A stretch of 64,000 bases of DNA from Octopus sinensis (Eukaryota). The notes under the pieces were generated by a model that was not told where the DNA came from, made no database searches, and saw nothing but the letters and a program-made list of their open reading frames with translations. The stretch is from assembly GCF_006345805.1 (NCBI RefSeq), contig NC_042998.1, positions 161,634,001 to 161,698,000 on the forward strand. The letters are read 5' to 3'. A program made the translations under genes and the position numbers. The first letter of the stretch is position 1, and each line of letters begins with the position of its first letter. Positions 50,900 to 64,000 of this stretch are shown one piece after another.

Positions 50900-51110
50900 A
50901 AGTTAAATTGCCCTGTGAAGTGGAAGAAAAACTAACCCATCGATAGTGTGTAATTTCAAGTAGTAGCTGATGGAACTGAGAAAAAGATGGACTAATCCAT
51001 TTGGTAGGGAGTGGAAGAGTTGAGGTGGTAAGTGCAGTGAGTGAAAGATCGGAATGGATGTGGGTGAAGATTCAAAAGAGAGATTGTTGCTGTTATTTAG
51101 TTCCAAGTCA
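50900..51110 (-). mobile_element. Decayed CR1-like LINE 3' tail
   Basis: Minus translation SFESSPTSIPIFHSL...QLFHSLPNG resembles the CR1 C-terminal LWNxLP region. Confidence 0.4.
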
Positions 51111-51154
51111 GCTCTGATTGAGCGTATCTATCATCAAAAGTATTTTGGCTTTAA

Positions 51155-51343
51155 CCCTTTAGCATTTAAGCAAGCACAAATATTCTTCTTGCTTTATGCT
51201 CCAACCATCCAGATCTGGCTTCTCACACCTACCCTATAATATCATTCAAAAAATAAACAATCACATCATCAAAATCTACGAGATAATGCATAATTAATTT
51301 AAAACAATGTGAATGAATAAGTCTTCATCTGACTGCTAAAAGG
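51155..51343. mobile_element. TTAA-flanked MITE, same family as 12751-12968
   Basis: ttaa-cccttta...taaaagg-ttaa; internal ccagatctggc.tctcacacc matches the reverse complement of the 12.9 kb copy. Confidence 0.75.
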
Positions 51344-52224
51344 TTAAACAGTTTTTTATTTTCAGGCATTGTATATCTGTGACTGCATGATTTTATCAGT
51401 CACCCTTTTTCTTAAAATTATTAGGAAACAATTTGAGGGAAATCTAGTTACTATTTCTAGTAGTTTGTGCAAGCAAATTTTTCCTTTCACTATGGCTATA
51501 ATTTCTATAAAGCATCATGGCTCACATATTATGTAACCACCATCTCAACTATATATACTGTATACTCACAAGGCTTTGGTCAGCCTGAGGGAATAGTAGA
51601 AGACACTTGCCCAAGATGCCATACAGTTCTTATTACACACCCACACCTGTGCCTAAATATATATATATATATTGTTGTGTTTGGGGAGAGTCATTCTGTT
51701 TTAATGCCTTATTAATAAACACACTCACTGATTCAATTTCCACTCATTTATTTATTTACTTAATTTTTTCCTAAAATTTTAGTTGCTTCTTGCAACCTCT
51801 TCAATAGATGTTGACTGTCTGTTAACAGAGTAGCGTTTTTGTTTGCTTGTTTGTGCACATGTGTGTCAGTGTGCATGTGTATACATATATGTATGTATGT
51901 GTATGCATATATATATGTATGTATGCATGCATGTATGTATGTATGTATGCGTGTCTATGTATTCTGCATATTCATTTGTTTGTGTATTCATGTTTGTGTG
52001 TGGGTGTTTGAGTATGTATATGTGTATGAGTTTGTGTGACTATGTACATGCATCTGTTAAGTATGTCTCCATGTGTGTGTGTGCGCGTATGCTTGTCTGT
52101 CCATATTACCTATCTATCTACTTATCTATCTGTTTACTTACATATCCATTCACCTACCTATGTATATATATTCATCTACATAACTGCCTACTAACAAATC
52201 TACCTGTGTATGTATAAACTGTGG

Positions 52225-52930
52225 GTATTGGGGTATCACTACCTTGTACATGCATCTCCTGTTTAGTATAGGGTTTGTTTAATCTATGAGGACATACTCC
52301 TGTATTTGTCTGAGTTTGGGGCCGTCTGGGTGCTTGGATAAAATGCAGATGTCAAGTTGAGCCAGTGTACCTCCATGTTGGTCTTTGACATGTTATTAGA
52401 GTATGGAGGACTGTTTTTTGTCATCATATTGTCTCAAATGTTCATTTAATCTCTCCACAATGCTTCTAGATATCTCACCAATGTATGTTATGTTCTTGTC
52501 TTTATAAGCACCCTCTATGCACCTTATGCTGCAGACTACATTTCTAGTTCTACAATTAATACCAGGGTTAATCTTATATACCATGCAGTTCTCATTGGTG
52601 TGTGTGTGGCATTCTCAAAGGGGTACGTCCTACATAATTGTAATCCAATGTAGCTCCCTGGCTTTTCAAACTATCTTAATGTTGAGTTTGGCCCTCTTCA
52701 GAGCTTTCCTAAATCTTTGGGGCTAGTTCTCCATGGGCTGTGGTCTCTACAAACATCACTCCTTGATATTTGTTGGCCTTGTACCATGTGTTCACCATGT
52801 TTGCTTCGTCACAAATTCCTCTGTATTTAGGGCAGATACCACTGGTTTCATCACATGTAATGCTATCTAACTTCTTTCTAGCTTCCCTGTATACCCGAAT
52901 CCCGTCTTTCATGTCATACCCAGAGAATTG
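52225..52930 (-). mobile_element. Penelope-like element fragment with GIY-YIG endonuclease
   Basis: SGYDMKDGIRVYREA...WYKANKYQGVMFVETTAHGELA; CRTRNVVCSIRC...TYIGEISRSIVERLNEH; RQIQEYVLI...PILNR. Confidence 0.85.
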
Positions 52931-53869
52931 CGTAAATCCTAAATGTTATTTTAGAATTTATGGGCGCAACTGTCTTTGAAGACTCACATTGTCGTTGAAT
53001 GCTTGAAATGAGGAGTAGATAGAGAGTTGACAACTGATGAAGGGTCCTTTCTCTGTGTTTACTTGTCCTGTTTTCCATTTTTTCTCTCATTATTTACGTA
53101 TCTAATTTGTTTGTCTACGTATTTCAAGTTGTTTACACAGTCGGTGATGTCCTGTACCCATATATGCATATATATATATAATATTCAATCATTAGCCTGC
53201 AACCATGCTGGGGAACCACCTTGAAGAATTTTAGTTGAACTAATTGGTCCCAATACTTATTTTTAAAGCCTGGTACTTATTCTGTCAATTTTTTTTGCCA
53301 AACTGCTAAATTATGGTGACAAATAAACCAATACTGGTTATCAAGTGGTGATAGGGAACATGCACACACTCACAATTATAAGCTTTTGAATGTGTTTATT
53401 CATTCATATATATGTCTCTGTGTGTTGGTGTGTGTATGTGGGACTTTATAGATATTTATACATAAGTAGAACAGGAACTTTTGCATTATGGTTAATATAA
53501 ACAATATCATGAAGCTAAGTACAAGTGAGCATGTGTTCAAATAAATCTATCATTAACATGACATTAATTCAGATGTGGATATGTATACACATTTCTTTAC
53601 AAGTGTATTATTAATATGAGATTCTTTTTCTCCTTCCTTATTCATTAACATTTTCAAGAGACATTTGTCTATCTGTCAATCTTTTTCTTTCTTGCCCCCT
53701 TTCTTTCTTTCTTTCTTTCCTTCCTTTTCTCTTTCTTTCCTTCTCTTTCTGTCTTTTTTTCCTTCTCTCTTTCTTTTCTTCTCCCTTTCTTTCCTTTTTT
53801 CTTTCTTTCCTTCCTTTTCTCTTTCTTTTTTTCTTTAAGGAGTTATGTAATAATCATATCTAGATAGCT

Positions 53870-54145
53870 ATTTGGGGCAAACAGCCTGGTTGTGAAATTA
53901 ACATCCAAGTGACTGAGCACGCCACAGACACACATACTCTTAAAGTAGTACTCAGGGAGATTCAATGTGATACACAATGTGACAAAGCTGGACCTTTGTA
54001 TTACAAGTACAACTCATTTTTGCCAACTGAATGGGCTGAAGCAATGTGAAACAAAGCATCTTATTCAAGGGCACAAGGCACCACCAGGAATTGAACTCAT
54101 GACTTTATGATCGTGGGTTGAATACCCTAACTACTAAGCCATGTG
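53870..54145 (-). mobile_element. tRNA-derived SINE, second family
   Basis: ggaattgaactcatgac...gaataccctaactactaagcc is the reverse complement of an A/B-box head; body matches 36440-36750. Confidence 0.75.
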
Positions 54146-54273
54146 CTTTCATTTATTTCCATTCTATCTCTACACACATACACACACATACTTACACACA
54201 CACACACATACTTACGCACACACATACACACACACACATATATTTCTGTGTATATGAATGTATACAAACTTGT

Positions 54274-54634
54274 AGGCGTAGGAGTGGCTGTGTGATAAGT
54301 AGCTTGCTTACAAACCACATGGTTTCGGGTTCAGTCCCACTGTGTGGCATCTTGGGTAAGTGTCTTCTACTATAGCCTCGGGTCGACCATATATATATGT
54401 ATGTGTGTATATATGTTTGTGTGTCTGTGTTTGTTCCTCCCAACATCACTTGACAATTGATGCTGGTGTGTTTACATACCTGTAACTTAGCGGTTTGGCA
54501 AAAGAGGCCAATAGAATAAGTACTAGGCTTACAAAGAATAAGTCTTGGGTTTGATTTTTCTCGATTACAGGTGGCGCTCCAGCATGGCTACCGTCAAATG
54601 ACTGAAAGAAGTAAAAGAGAGAGAGAGAGAGAGT
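54274..54634 (+). mobile_element. Full-length tRNA-derived SINE with internal microsatellite
   Basis: A box (gagtggctgtgtgataagt), B box (gggttcagtccc), conserved 3' body, GA-rich tail; flanks aaacttgt / aaacttat resemble a TSD. Confidence 0.85.
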
Positions 54635-55730
54635 AAACTTATGTATGTGTGAATACCTATCTGTTCATGCACATATGTGCACATCACATATATTTTACAT
54701 GATGTATCATTGGAAAGGTGCCTGTATATATTTTAGAGCCACATATACCTCTTGGCCCCTCTTGACAGCACACTTACATATGCAAACCTAATGACTCAGG
54801 CACAAGCACATACACACACATACATACATACATACATACATACATACATACATACATACATACATGCATATGTACACAGTCATATACAGTTGCATGAATA
54901 GTATCTACTGTCCCAATCTCTCTAACGACCACAACGCCAATTAATTAGTTGTTTGCTGCTTAACAACAATGTCCTTAATTAGGCAAACTGATTCCTATAT
55001 TAAATAGTCAATATGTAATTTGAATCATTGAAAAGGTTGTTTGGCGCAAATAATTATTATAATATCTTCCCTTCTTTTTTTTTTTACAGTTTACTTAAAA
55101 TGTTGCACACATATTTGCACATGTACAAAAATGAACACACACACATACACACATGCACATACATGCACTCATACATACACGTTAAAAAGACAAGCAACAA
55201 ATAATAAAAATTTGGACAGCACTATTTGAAGGTAACCTTAATCAATAGAGGAATCTGGCAGCTTGTCTATATTGGAATCATGCTAGTTTGTCATTTTGAT
55301 GGTTATTTATTTTTTTTTCTGTGTCAAACCAATAATGTGCCATTTATATATCTGTGAAATAAGATAGCAAAAGTACTTCCATAAATTTTCGATGAAATCT
55401 GTCATTTTAGGGTAACTAAAGCGACTTATAAAATGACCTTGAGCTAATTCTTGTGTATCTTGCATATTCATATTTTGCAAAGAAGTGCAATGTTTATCTG
55501 GAAGGCTTTGCTGCTAAAACATCAAACTTGAAAACATAAACAATAAATTGATTCCCTTTTTAAAAAGCACAGCTTTAAAACTCCAGTAAGAGAAGAGAAC
55601 ACATGCGTGTGTGTATGTGCTGTTCTGAGCTTGCTGCCTTTCATATTTTCTACCCAACCTTTTTGTTTTACCTATAACTTAACAGCTACAACAAAGTTGT
55701 TGTGTGGCTTACAAATAGGTGAAGAAATCC

Positions 55731-56142
55731 TATTTCTTTACTACCCACAAGGGGTTAAACACAGAGAGGACAAACAAGGACAGACAAATGGATTAAGTCG
55801 ATTATATAGACCCCACTGCGTAACTGTTACTTATTTAATTGACCCCGAAAGGATGAAAGGCAAAGTCGACCTTGGCGGAATTTGAACTCAGAATATAGCG
55901 GCAGATGAAATACCTATTTCTTTACTACCCACAAGGGGCTAAACACAGAGGGGACAAACAAGGACAGACAAACGGATTAAGTCGATTATATCGACCCCGT
56001 GCATAATTGGTACTTATTTAATCGGCCCCGAAAAGATGAAAGGCAAAGTCGACCTCGGCGGAATTTGAACTCAGAATATAGTGGCAGACGAAATACTGCT
56101 AAGCATTTCGCCCAGCATGCTAACGATTCTGCCAGCTCGCCA
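55731..56142 (-). mobile_element. tRNA-headed SINE (third family) with 184-bp internal tandem duplication
   Basis: Units start at 55731 and 55915. Core is cgaccccgaaaggatgaaaggcaaagtcgacct; minus-strand head is ggcgagctggcagaatcgttagc...gttcaaattcc. Confidence 0.85.
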
Positions 56143-57669
56143 CCCTTTTAGGTGAAGATATCCATGCATTAAGTGTTAACATGATAGCTGTTATAAGTTT
56201 GGTGCATTTTACAATTAATGTATATATAGTATTAAAGAGAAATACATTTTCTGGAAAAACTATGGTATCATCATCATCATTGTTATCATGTCCACTTTTC
56301 TATGCTTAAATGGGATAAATGGAATTTGTGGAGACAGAGTTTTGTATGGTCAGGTTCCCTTCTTGTTGCTTACACTTAGCTATTTCCAAGCGAGTTAATG
56401 TTTCCCTGTGGGCAAACTCATATGCAATTGTCATTGGGTTGTTAAGACAAGAAGACACAAATACACACAAACATACACACACACTCACACACATCTTCAT
56501 GTGTACTCATGTTTATGTGAACACACAAACACATATACATACAGCAAACTTTCAGCTTCTTTCTATGAAATCCACTCACAAGATTATGACTGAAATTTCC
56601 CCCAAATAATTCAACTGTTGATTACTTCCACATAATTAACCATGATATATCTGAAATAACTACCGAGACAATGATGCTGTAACAATTAAACAATGCGTTC
56701 TGGAGCCTATGATGGTTGTATCACCAGTAATCAAGACATAAAAAACGATGATATGTTCACTGGCCAGCTTGTTGTACAGAAGTACTCTGTTAAAAAAAAA
56801 ATAATAAAAAATAAAAAACATCCATTATTTTGTATTCAACATTTCACATATTCAACTTCTAACTAATCCCTCTATAAACAGGTCAGATTGATTCTCTGAT
56901 AGGAAGTGACATTAACATTATGCTCCTTATGTTCGTCCATACTTTCTCTTTTAGTCTATTTAGATACACATATGCACAGGCATAGACACACACATGCACA
57001 CCGGTAAACACACTATCAAATGTACATACACATACTTAAACATGTTGATAGTTATTATTGGTAGTCAATCAGCTTTGTTCAAATACTTAGACAATTATCA
57101 AGGAGTCTATAATGACTGCTTAGACATTGATCCAGGAGTCTATAATAGCTCAAATTAGATCAATGACCCAGGCGTCTATAATAAGCCTATAAAGTAAGAG
57201 ACTTTGTGTCTTTGAGAGATTTGTGAACTTCTCTTCCTTGTCATTGAAATTTGTCTGTGTTGCAATGAGCATCTAGCCTTATGCTATCATATAGCTGAAT
57301 ACTAGTCTCTTGTATGAACATGTAGTGTCAATACAAATAAAACTGATGAAAATGAAATGATGCAGATTCTAACAGCTGCTATTTAACCTACGTATTTAGT
57401 TAGCTATTAGTAATGGGTGTGTTTGCTACACCTCACCCCTACAAAAAGGAGACAAGTCAAATGCTGCACAATTGTTTTAAAAAAAGAAGCAATTATTGTC
57501 CCACCTTTGTATTAAATAACCAAATGCAGCAATCACAACCTCTAAACTAAAATCAAGAAGACCTTACTGATATACAAGTCATTGGATAAACCACGGGGAA
57601 ACAAATGGAGAGAAAGCAAAAATGGGGACGAAGATGGAAACCTCACTGACTGCTTTCAGTTGTCTAAAC

Positions 57670-57903
57670 CAGTGGTTCTCAAACATTTTTTAATCTATGG
57701 GCCCCTTTGGTTCCTATTTTACTCAGGGGCCTCATAGCCATTCAATGTCTAAAAATCCCTATTATGTTTTTACGATTAAATATTATTAAGAATTGTATAA
57801 AAAAACTGTTAAAATATTTTGTGTAATGTAGAAATATAACCAGTTTAATAAAATCTTATATGGACCCCACAAGGGTCAAGTGGACCCCAGTTGAGAACTA
57901 TTG
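57670..57903. mobile_element. hAT/Charlie-type MITE
   Basis: TIRs cagtggttctcaa / ttgagaactattg; degenerate 8-bp flanks gtctaaac / atgtaaac. Confidence 0.8.
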
Positions 57904-58544
57904 ATGTAAACAGATAGCAGTAGACATAACAAAACAGACTGAGGAGAGCTCAGCAGAACAGAGACTACTTTGCATCAATGATGATATGAATTCTTTGTAT
58001 GTTCAATAATGCAGGACCTCATGGTTGCAAAATGAGCTTAACCACAGTCATGCCTGTGCCTGTATATGGAACAATCCATGAAGATGGTGAAGCATACATC
58101 AAAGGGATTTTAAATGTAAACCTAACGTTGCTACATACACCATACAAAGCAAGTACCAAATAAAAAAGATACTAGATTTAGGGATATGTTTGAAATTAGA
58201 CTTTGAAGAATTTTGTATTCAGTGCTATGTGTTAAATTTCTGAATTGAGGCCTTATTCATTCCATTTATGGATACAGTCACAGTGTAATTCAGGAATGGG
58301 TTTTGTATGTTAATAACAAGGTTGTTATTTCAGAATCACTATTAGCATAGTAAAACCTATCATATTAGAAGTCAATAACCAGAACATCATTTAATAATCT
58401 CATGTGCAATGTAGAAAGTGTGGTGGATCATTTTGCATTGGTTTTGAAATTGTTGCAAACATGGCATATATACAAGTTAGTGGAGAATATCTGCTAGATT
58501 AACAAAGAGTTCCATATTTACAAATGTAGTTAATAATAAGTTGC

Positions 58545-59190
58545 ACTGAGGCATTGGTATGTGGCACCCAGGAACAAGCCCCAAGAACTAATTACACCAA
58601 ATTCCAAATAGATAAGAGCAGTGAATTGCCCCTTTGCAGGATGTGTGACAGCAAAAACAATCTGGCATATTGTGAGTGAGTATAGCAAGCTAGCCCAAAA
58701 GTACTATAAAAGGAGGCCCAGTAACATGGCTAAGTTTGTCCAGTGGAGGCTATGTGAAAAGTAAATCTGGACAGAGCATGGAAATGGTATGAACAAGAAC
58801 CAGAGGGAGCCCTCAAGAACAAGGAATATAAGATACTGTGGGATTTTACAACCCAATGTGACTCCTAATCGATGCTCAGAGACCAGATATTGTGGTAGGT
58901 AAAGGAAAAAAGGAAACCGAGATTATAGATATTGCAATACCTGGGCATGCACGCATAAGTGACAAAGAACTAGAAAAGATTGTAAAGTAGAGACAACTAA
59001 AAGACGAAATTGCAAAAATGTGGACTATGAGGAGAGTGTTTGTCATTCCAGTATTTGTAGGGGCATTCAGAGCACTAATAACCATGTTCAAGAAATATGT
59101 TAGAGAAATCAGAATTGACATGAGAGTAGAGCAAGCCCCCAAAACTGCTGGGGACAGCTAAGATTTTGAGATTGGTACTTGAATATTGAA
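58545..59190 (+). mobile_element. R4/Dong-type (restriction-like endonuclease) LINE 3' fragment
   Basis: QEQAPRTNY, CRMC..HIVSE zinc knuckle, KWYEQEPE, KILWDF, RPDIVV...IIDIAIPG (PD-D/ExK), VIPVFVGAF and GTAKILR. Confidence 0.9.
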
Positions 59191-59377
59191 TATCTTCCAT
59201 GATAATTAACAACCAGGTATCAAAGCTTATGACGTGTGGAAAGAAACCCTGTGAGACCCCGTGGAAAGAGACCTTCTGACAATAGACTGTTGTTTGCTCT
59301 CACAGAATCAACCAGAGCAAACAAGACTGAGCGCTCTGAGAAGTATAGTAACAATAATAATAATAATGATAATAGTG

Positions 59378-59409
<32 letters not shown>

Positions 59410-59649
59410 CCTTTATGCTGTAGCCACAAGGCCAGACATTTTTGAGGAGGAGCAAGTCTATTACATCAACCCCAGTACATGACTGGTAATCGATCCTGAA
59501 AGGATAAAAGGCAAAGTCAACCTTGGCAGAAATTAAACTCAGAATGTAAAGATGTATAAAATGCCACTATGCATTTTGTCCAGCCTTCTAACAATTCTGC
59601 AAGCTCACCACCTTAATAATAGTAACAACAACAACAACAATAAATAATG

Positions 59650-59681
<32 letters not shown>

Positions 59682-59814
59682 TTCTAATCTTGGTACAAAG
59701 CCAGAAATTTGTGGGTAGGGAAAAGACAGGTATATTGACACAGTAGAGGACCAACAAGATTTAACCACACACAAAAATTAAACCCCTAAAAAATTAAAAT
59801 AATGCAAAAAGATA

Positions 59815-60240
59815 CTAACACCAAGTACAGACTCTGCTACTAGTACAATGGGATGGCTGCCCATACCATTTTTGGTTGCCCATTCTCTGCCAAGGCGAAG
59901 TAAATTCATTGACATGGTTGAATTAGCATCTCTATCCATTGGGCAAGATGCCAACACTTTGATGTGAAAATGGATAAGAAACGGTATAAACAAGTACCAG
60001 AAATGGTTTATGGTGATAAACTGGCTTGAGTCATCTGAGACAGATATGTCTAGATTGACAAAGAGACCAAAGATGATAATGAAGTAACGGAACAAAATTT
60101 TTTGACACTAATACATATTTCAATCTCATCTGATCAAAACAGTGCCCCATAAGAGATGAAGAAACTGTCAAAGTATGAAAGTCTTAGAACTGAAATAAAC
60201 TAGATGTGGGGCAGGAAACTGAAACACTAGGTGTAAGAAG
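59815..60240 (+). mobile_element. Second, more decayed R4/Dong-type LINE fragment
   Basis: PKYRLC...HTIFGCP...IHWARCQHFDVK...YKQVPE, then ISISSDQN...KKLSKYESLRTEI. Confidence 0.75.
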
Positions 60241-60424
60241 AAAAATATATAACCTACACAACACAGTCATGACTCTATTGATAAGAAGTTTGCTTCGCAG
60301 CCATATGGTTTTGAGTTCAGTTCTACTGCTTAGCTTCTGGGGCAAGTTGCTTCTACTATAGCTTAACCATAGATCAATCAAAGCCTCATCAAAAGATTTG
60401 TCAGAAGGAAGGGGAAAGAAGCTT

Positions 60425-60590
60425 GGTATGTGTGTGTGTGTGTATGTGTATATATATATATATATATATACATTTTTACACACACACATGTATAATGTGT
60501 GTATGTATGTATGTATGTGTGTATATATATATATACATTTTTACACACACACATGTATAATGTGTGTATGTATGTATGTATGTATGTGTG

Positions 60591-60625
<35 letters not shown>

Positions 60626-60789
60626 TTTATTTAAAAGCAGCAGAAATATAACAAAAGCTGTTATGTGCTTACTCCGGTATGTATATATATAAAGATATGT
60701 ATGTATATATATGTGTATATATGTTTATATATATATATATATATATAAAGATATGTATGTATATGTATATATATATATTAACTTAACTA

Positions 60790-60832
<43 letters not shown>
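60425..60832. repeat. Microsatellite field with a higher-order duplication (catttttacacacacacatgtataatgtgtg twice)
   Basis: Direct reading; the duplicated block occurs at about 60470 and about 60535. Confidence 0.92.
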
Positions 60833-60833
<1 letters not shown>

Positions 60834-63549
60834 TGTGTGTATGCTTATGTCTTCATTGTGTGATTATTGTAAATTAACGTCATTCATTGATGATGAGAAT
60901 AATCCTGTTGATTCAACAAAGGGTTCAGTTTGAAACTCTAAGACTATTACTGAATATGATAAGCACCTGAGAAAGGCTGGTGTTTAAAACAGCTGAAAAT
61001 CTGTCTATTACAACCAAGTTAAAAATAATATTTTGAATATGTAATATATAATGACTGTAATAAATGCTGTATATTTTTTTTGATACTGTAATTAAACTTT
61101 ATATCTTTTACATATGTGTTATTTTCAAGTTGTTAGGGCATGTCTTTTAATGTGCCACGACTTACCAGTTTAACAAATAGAGAATGATAAAATAAGTACC
61201 TAGTTGAAATAAGGACTGAAGTTGATATGATCGATTAAATGTTTGAAGCTAATATCCAGTATGGTTGCAATCAAGTCTCTGCAACTTGTAAAATAATAAA
61301 AGAATAAAACATTATAAATATATATATACACACATACAAGTATGTATATATGCATATACATACATACATTATATATATGTACACACACTTAAACAAGTAT
61401 GTATATATGCATATACATACATACATGTATATGTATGCATGTATGTCTATATGTGTTTAATACACAGGTGTAACACTTATGAAAAATAAAAAAAATATAT
61501 AGAACAATAGAAAAATATTTTCAGTATTTTTTTGCTGTGAATTGCGCAATCTAATGAAAGAAACAGATAAGAAGAATACTTAGCATTTTGTTGATATTTT
61601 TGTCTTAGCTCGTTCATTTGTGTCTTACAATGGTTTCTTTCTCGATCTTCTGTAGTTATCATATCATAGTACACAACTCTTATGAGCTTATATTAGCATT
61701 GACTGCAATAATTATGCACATAAATGAAACATTTTCATGAAAATTTATTAGTAATTAACAATCTGTATTTATCGTTAATTATTTTAGTAATTTAGATAGT
61801 GGCATTAAAGGAGACGTGCTGAGTGGGAAACACATTGAAACAAAAGAACAAATTACAGCAACGGAATAAATATGAAAATATTGGCTACAGATTTTAATCT
61901 AATCTCATAAAAGGCTTTAACAAAATGTGAAATATCTCTAATGTCCTATATTATTATAGGATTGAGAAAATTCAATTTCCATACTCTTCAGGCAGAAATA
62001 TTCCTTAATGGATGATTAAATGTTTACAACTTAGATTGGAAACAATTAGTGCGAACATAGAATTTGTCTCTAATTAGCCTGATTTTATCAAGAGATCTAC
62101 AATAGCCTGGATGGAATATTTTGTAATTAAACACTGAATACCGCACAAAGTCACTTGAATGAAATATCTTATTGACTTCAAGACGGTGATTTAGAAGTTG
62201 ATTTAGTTGAATTATTTCTTCTTTTGTTTTGCTTCCGCTTCTCTTGCAGAGATCTAATCAATTTAATTTAGTTGTTACTTATAGGTGTGACAATATAGGG
62301 ATAATGACATTTCAATGATTCCCTACTTCATTTTCACAAAACAAAGAGATTCTGGAATCTAATATATTTATTTGAAAAACTTTCTATTTTATGTTGTTTT
62401 TTTTTTATTGTCTGCTGTTGTTACTCTTTCTTTCTTCTGATTATTTGTAGTTTTCTTTTACTTTGTTTAAGATACAGCATTATTTTGCTTTATACTGACA
62501 ATGTTCTTATGTTTGTTTTTATTTTTGTCTATGTTCAGTCGTCACATAGTTGTTACATTTGTTTCTTTTCCATACAACTCTATTATTTCCTATTTTCATT
62601 ATTCAATAAATACAAACTATAAGTAAATTGAAATATCTGCTGCAAACCAAGATTGAACTGCTTCTCACTTTCCTTTACAAATAAGTTTTAGACAAAGAGA
62701 AAACACTTTACTTAGTTTAGTTTGTTTTTTCTATTACACCCTAATCATGTTTAACTTCCTACTCATTTTTTGTATTGTTCTTTTTTCCCCCTTTTACTTC
62801 TTTTTACAATGTTTAAAGTAAACTTATACAAGAGGAAATCATCTTGTCAGATGCAATGTCTTTGTTGTTGCCTGATTTTTCTATTTGCTAATCAAAGCAC
62901 ACTGTTTACAGATGCTGTTTCCCATAGCTTATGTTCTGAAAGAATAATGATCATCATCAAATGTCATCCAGCAAACACCTATTAAGTGGTAACTATCAAT
63001 GTAATGTGTCTCATCATGTCTTTAACACAAATGATAAAAACACCCAACTCACCAAAACAAAAAAACAACAAAAGCCAACAAGAAAAAAAAAACCCTGCTA
63101 ACAGACATGGGTGTCTTCCAACAATGGTAAAGTATGTTATGGTGGTATGTAGTCAGTCCATTTCAGGACATAACAGTTGCCGATCATGAGAAAAACTTCA
63201 ATTCTTGGAAACTGTTACAACCAACATTGCAAACATTATAGGTTTTAGCTTAATGATAGCCTTGTGCCAAAATAAAAGCCTCTATCTCACTCCTATTGAC
63301 CTGAGCTTTGTCAGATCCATGAGTCTTCTGTTCTTCCAATTATATGTCAGAACCCATATTCAAAATATCTGGCTGGAATCTGTTATGGGAAAGCAGTTTA
63401 CATAGTTTCTCATTTTTATTCTATATTGTGATGGTCTTAGGAACATTAGAAAACTCCCTGGACACATGTATATACACCGTTTTTTTGCTCTTTGCATACC
63501 AAATAAAATTCTCCTCTTGTTTCCATTCATTTTAGTTTTGTTGTTTACT

Positions 63550-63685
63550 ACATACATACATATATATATATATATACATACATGTATATATATATATGTG
63601 TGTGTATACATGTATATATATGTATATGTGTGTGCATGCATAGATATGTACATGTATGTATATATATATGTATGTGTATATATGT

Positions 63686-63742
<57 letters not shown>
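63550..63742. repeat. (TA)n/(TG)n microsatellite
   Basis: Direct reading. Confidence 0.97.
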
Positions 63743-63745
<3 letters not shown>

Positions 63746-64000
63746 TCTTTGGCCTGTCATTGCCCATTTTCTTTCCTGCAAACCTACAACCTTCAGACAT
63801 GTGTCATTTGGCCAATACAAAATGGCTACTCACTATAATCAAAAAAAAAAGAAGAAGAAAGAAGCATTTCCTGACTTGTGAACTAAGAAAATAACGAGAG
63901 ATAAATATACAAGAATACAAAAAACTTACTGAACATAAAAAAAAAATGGAAATAGCCAATTCTAAATCTAACTGTGAGGAATTGGTTCTCTTTCTAGTGT

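Noticed and set aside
53030-53060. CTGATGA motifs here and at about 15883, 25124 and 57344 as hammerheads
   Set aside because: No correctly placed stem II plus GAAA plus stem III.
59778-60095. Minus-strand exon-like frame (LASCPMDRDANSTMSMNLLRLGREWATKNG)
   Set aside because: The plus strand is an R4/Dong-type LINE relic that explains the sequence.
1-64000. CRISPR arrays, rRNA genes or prokaryotic operons
   Set aside because: No regularly spaced repeat-spacer array, rRNA similarity or prokaryotic gene density anywhere; the window is eukaryotic repeat-rich DNA.

Overview
AT-rich, repeat-dominated eukaryotic genomic DNA. The tRNA-headed SINE families, TTAA-flanked MITEs and dense (TA)n/(CA)n/(TATG)n tracts match my recollection of octopus (coleoid cephalopod) genomes; this is an inference, not a database result. 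I could not confidently identify a host protein-coding gene, and most of the supplied ORFs are microsatellite or repeat artefacts. The clearest feature is a very young, full-length Ty3/gypsy LTR retrotransposon on the minus strand (29351-34408): CsRn1-like, ATAG target-site duplication, tRNA-Trp PBS, PPT, LTRs differing only by indels, and apparently inserted into an exon-like island. Other elements: a DD37E Tc1-like transposon with about 207-bp IR/DR ends (34766-36282), a mariner relic with a nested MITE, a Mutator-like MITE and a Helitron 3' end in a CpG-rich island near 27-28.7 kb, and fragments of RTE, CR1/L2, R4/Dong-type and Penelope-like retroelements. The most unusual structure is a spacer-less 132-bp perfect palindrome (43137-43268) carrying a type I hammerhead-ribozyme motif on both strands, next to a second perfect 88-bp inverted repeat.
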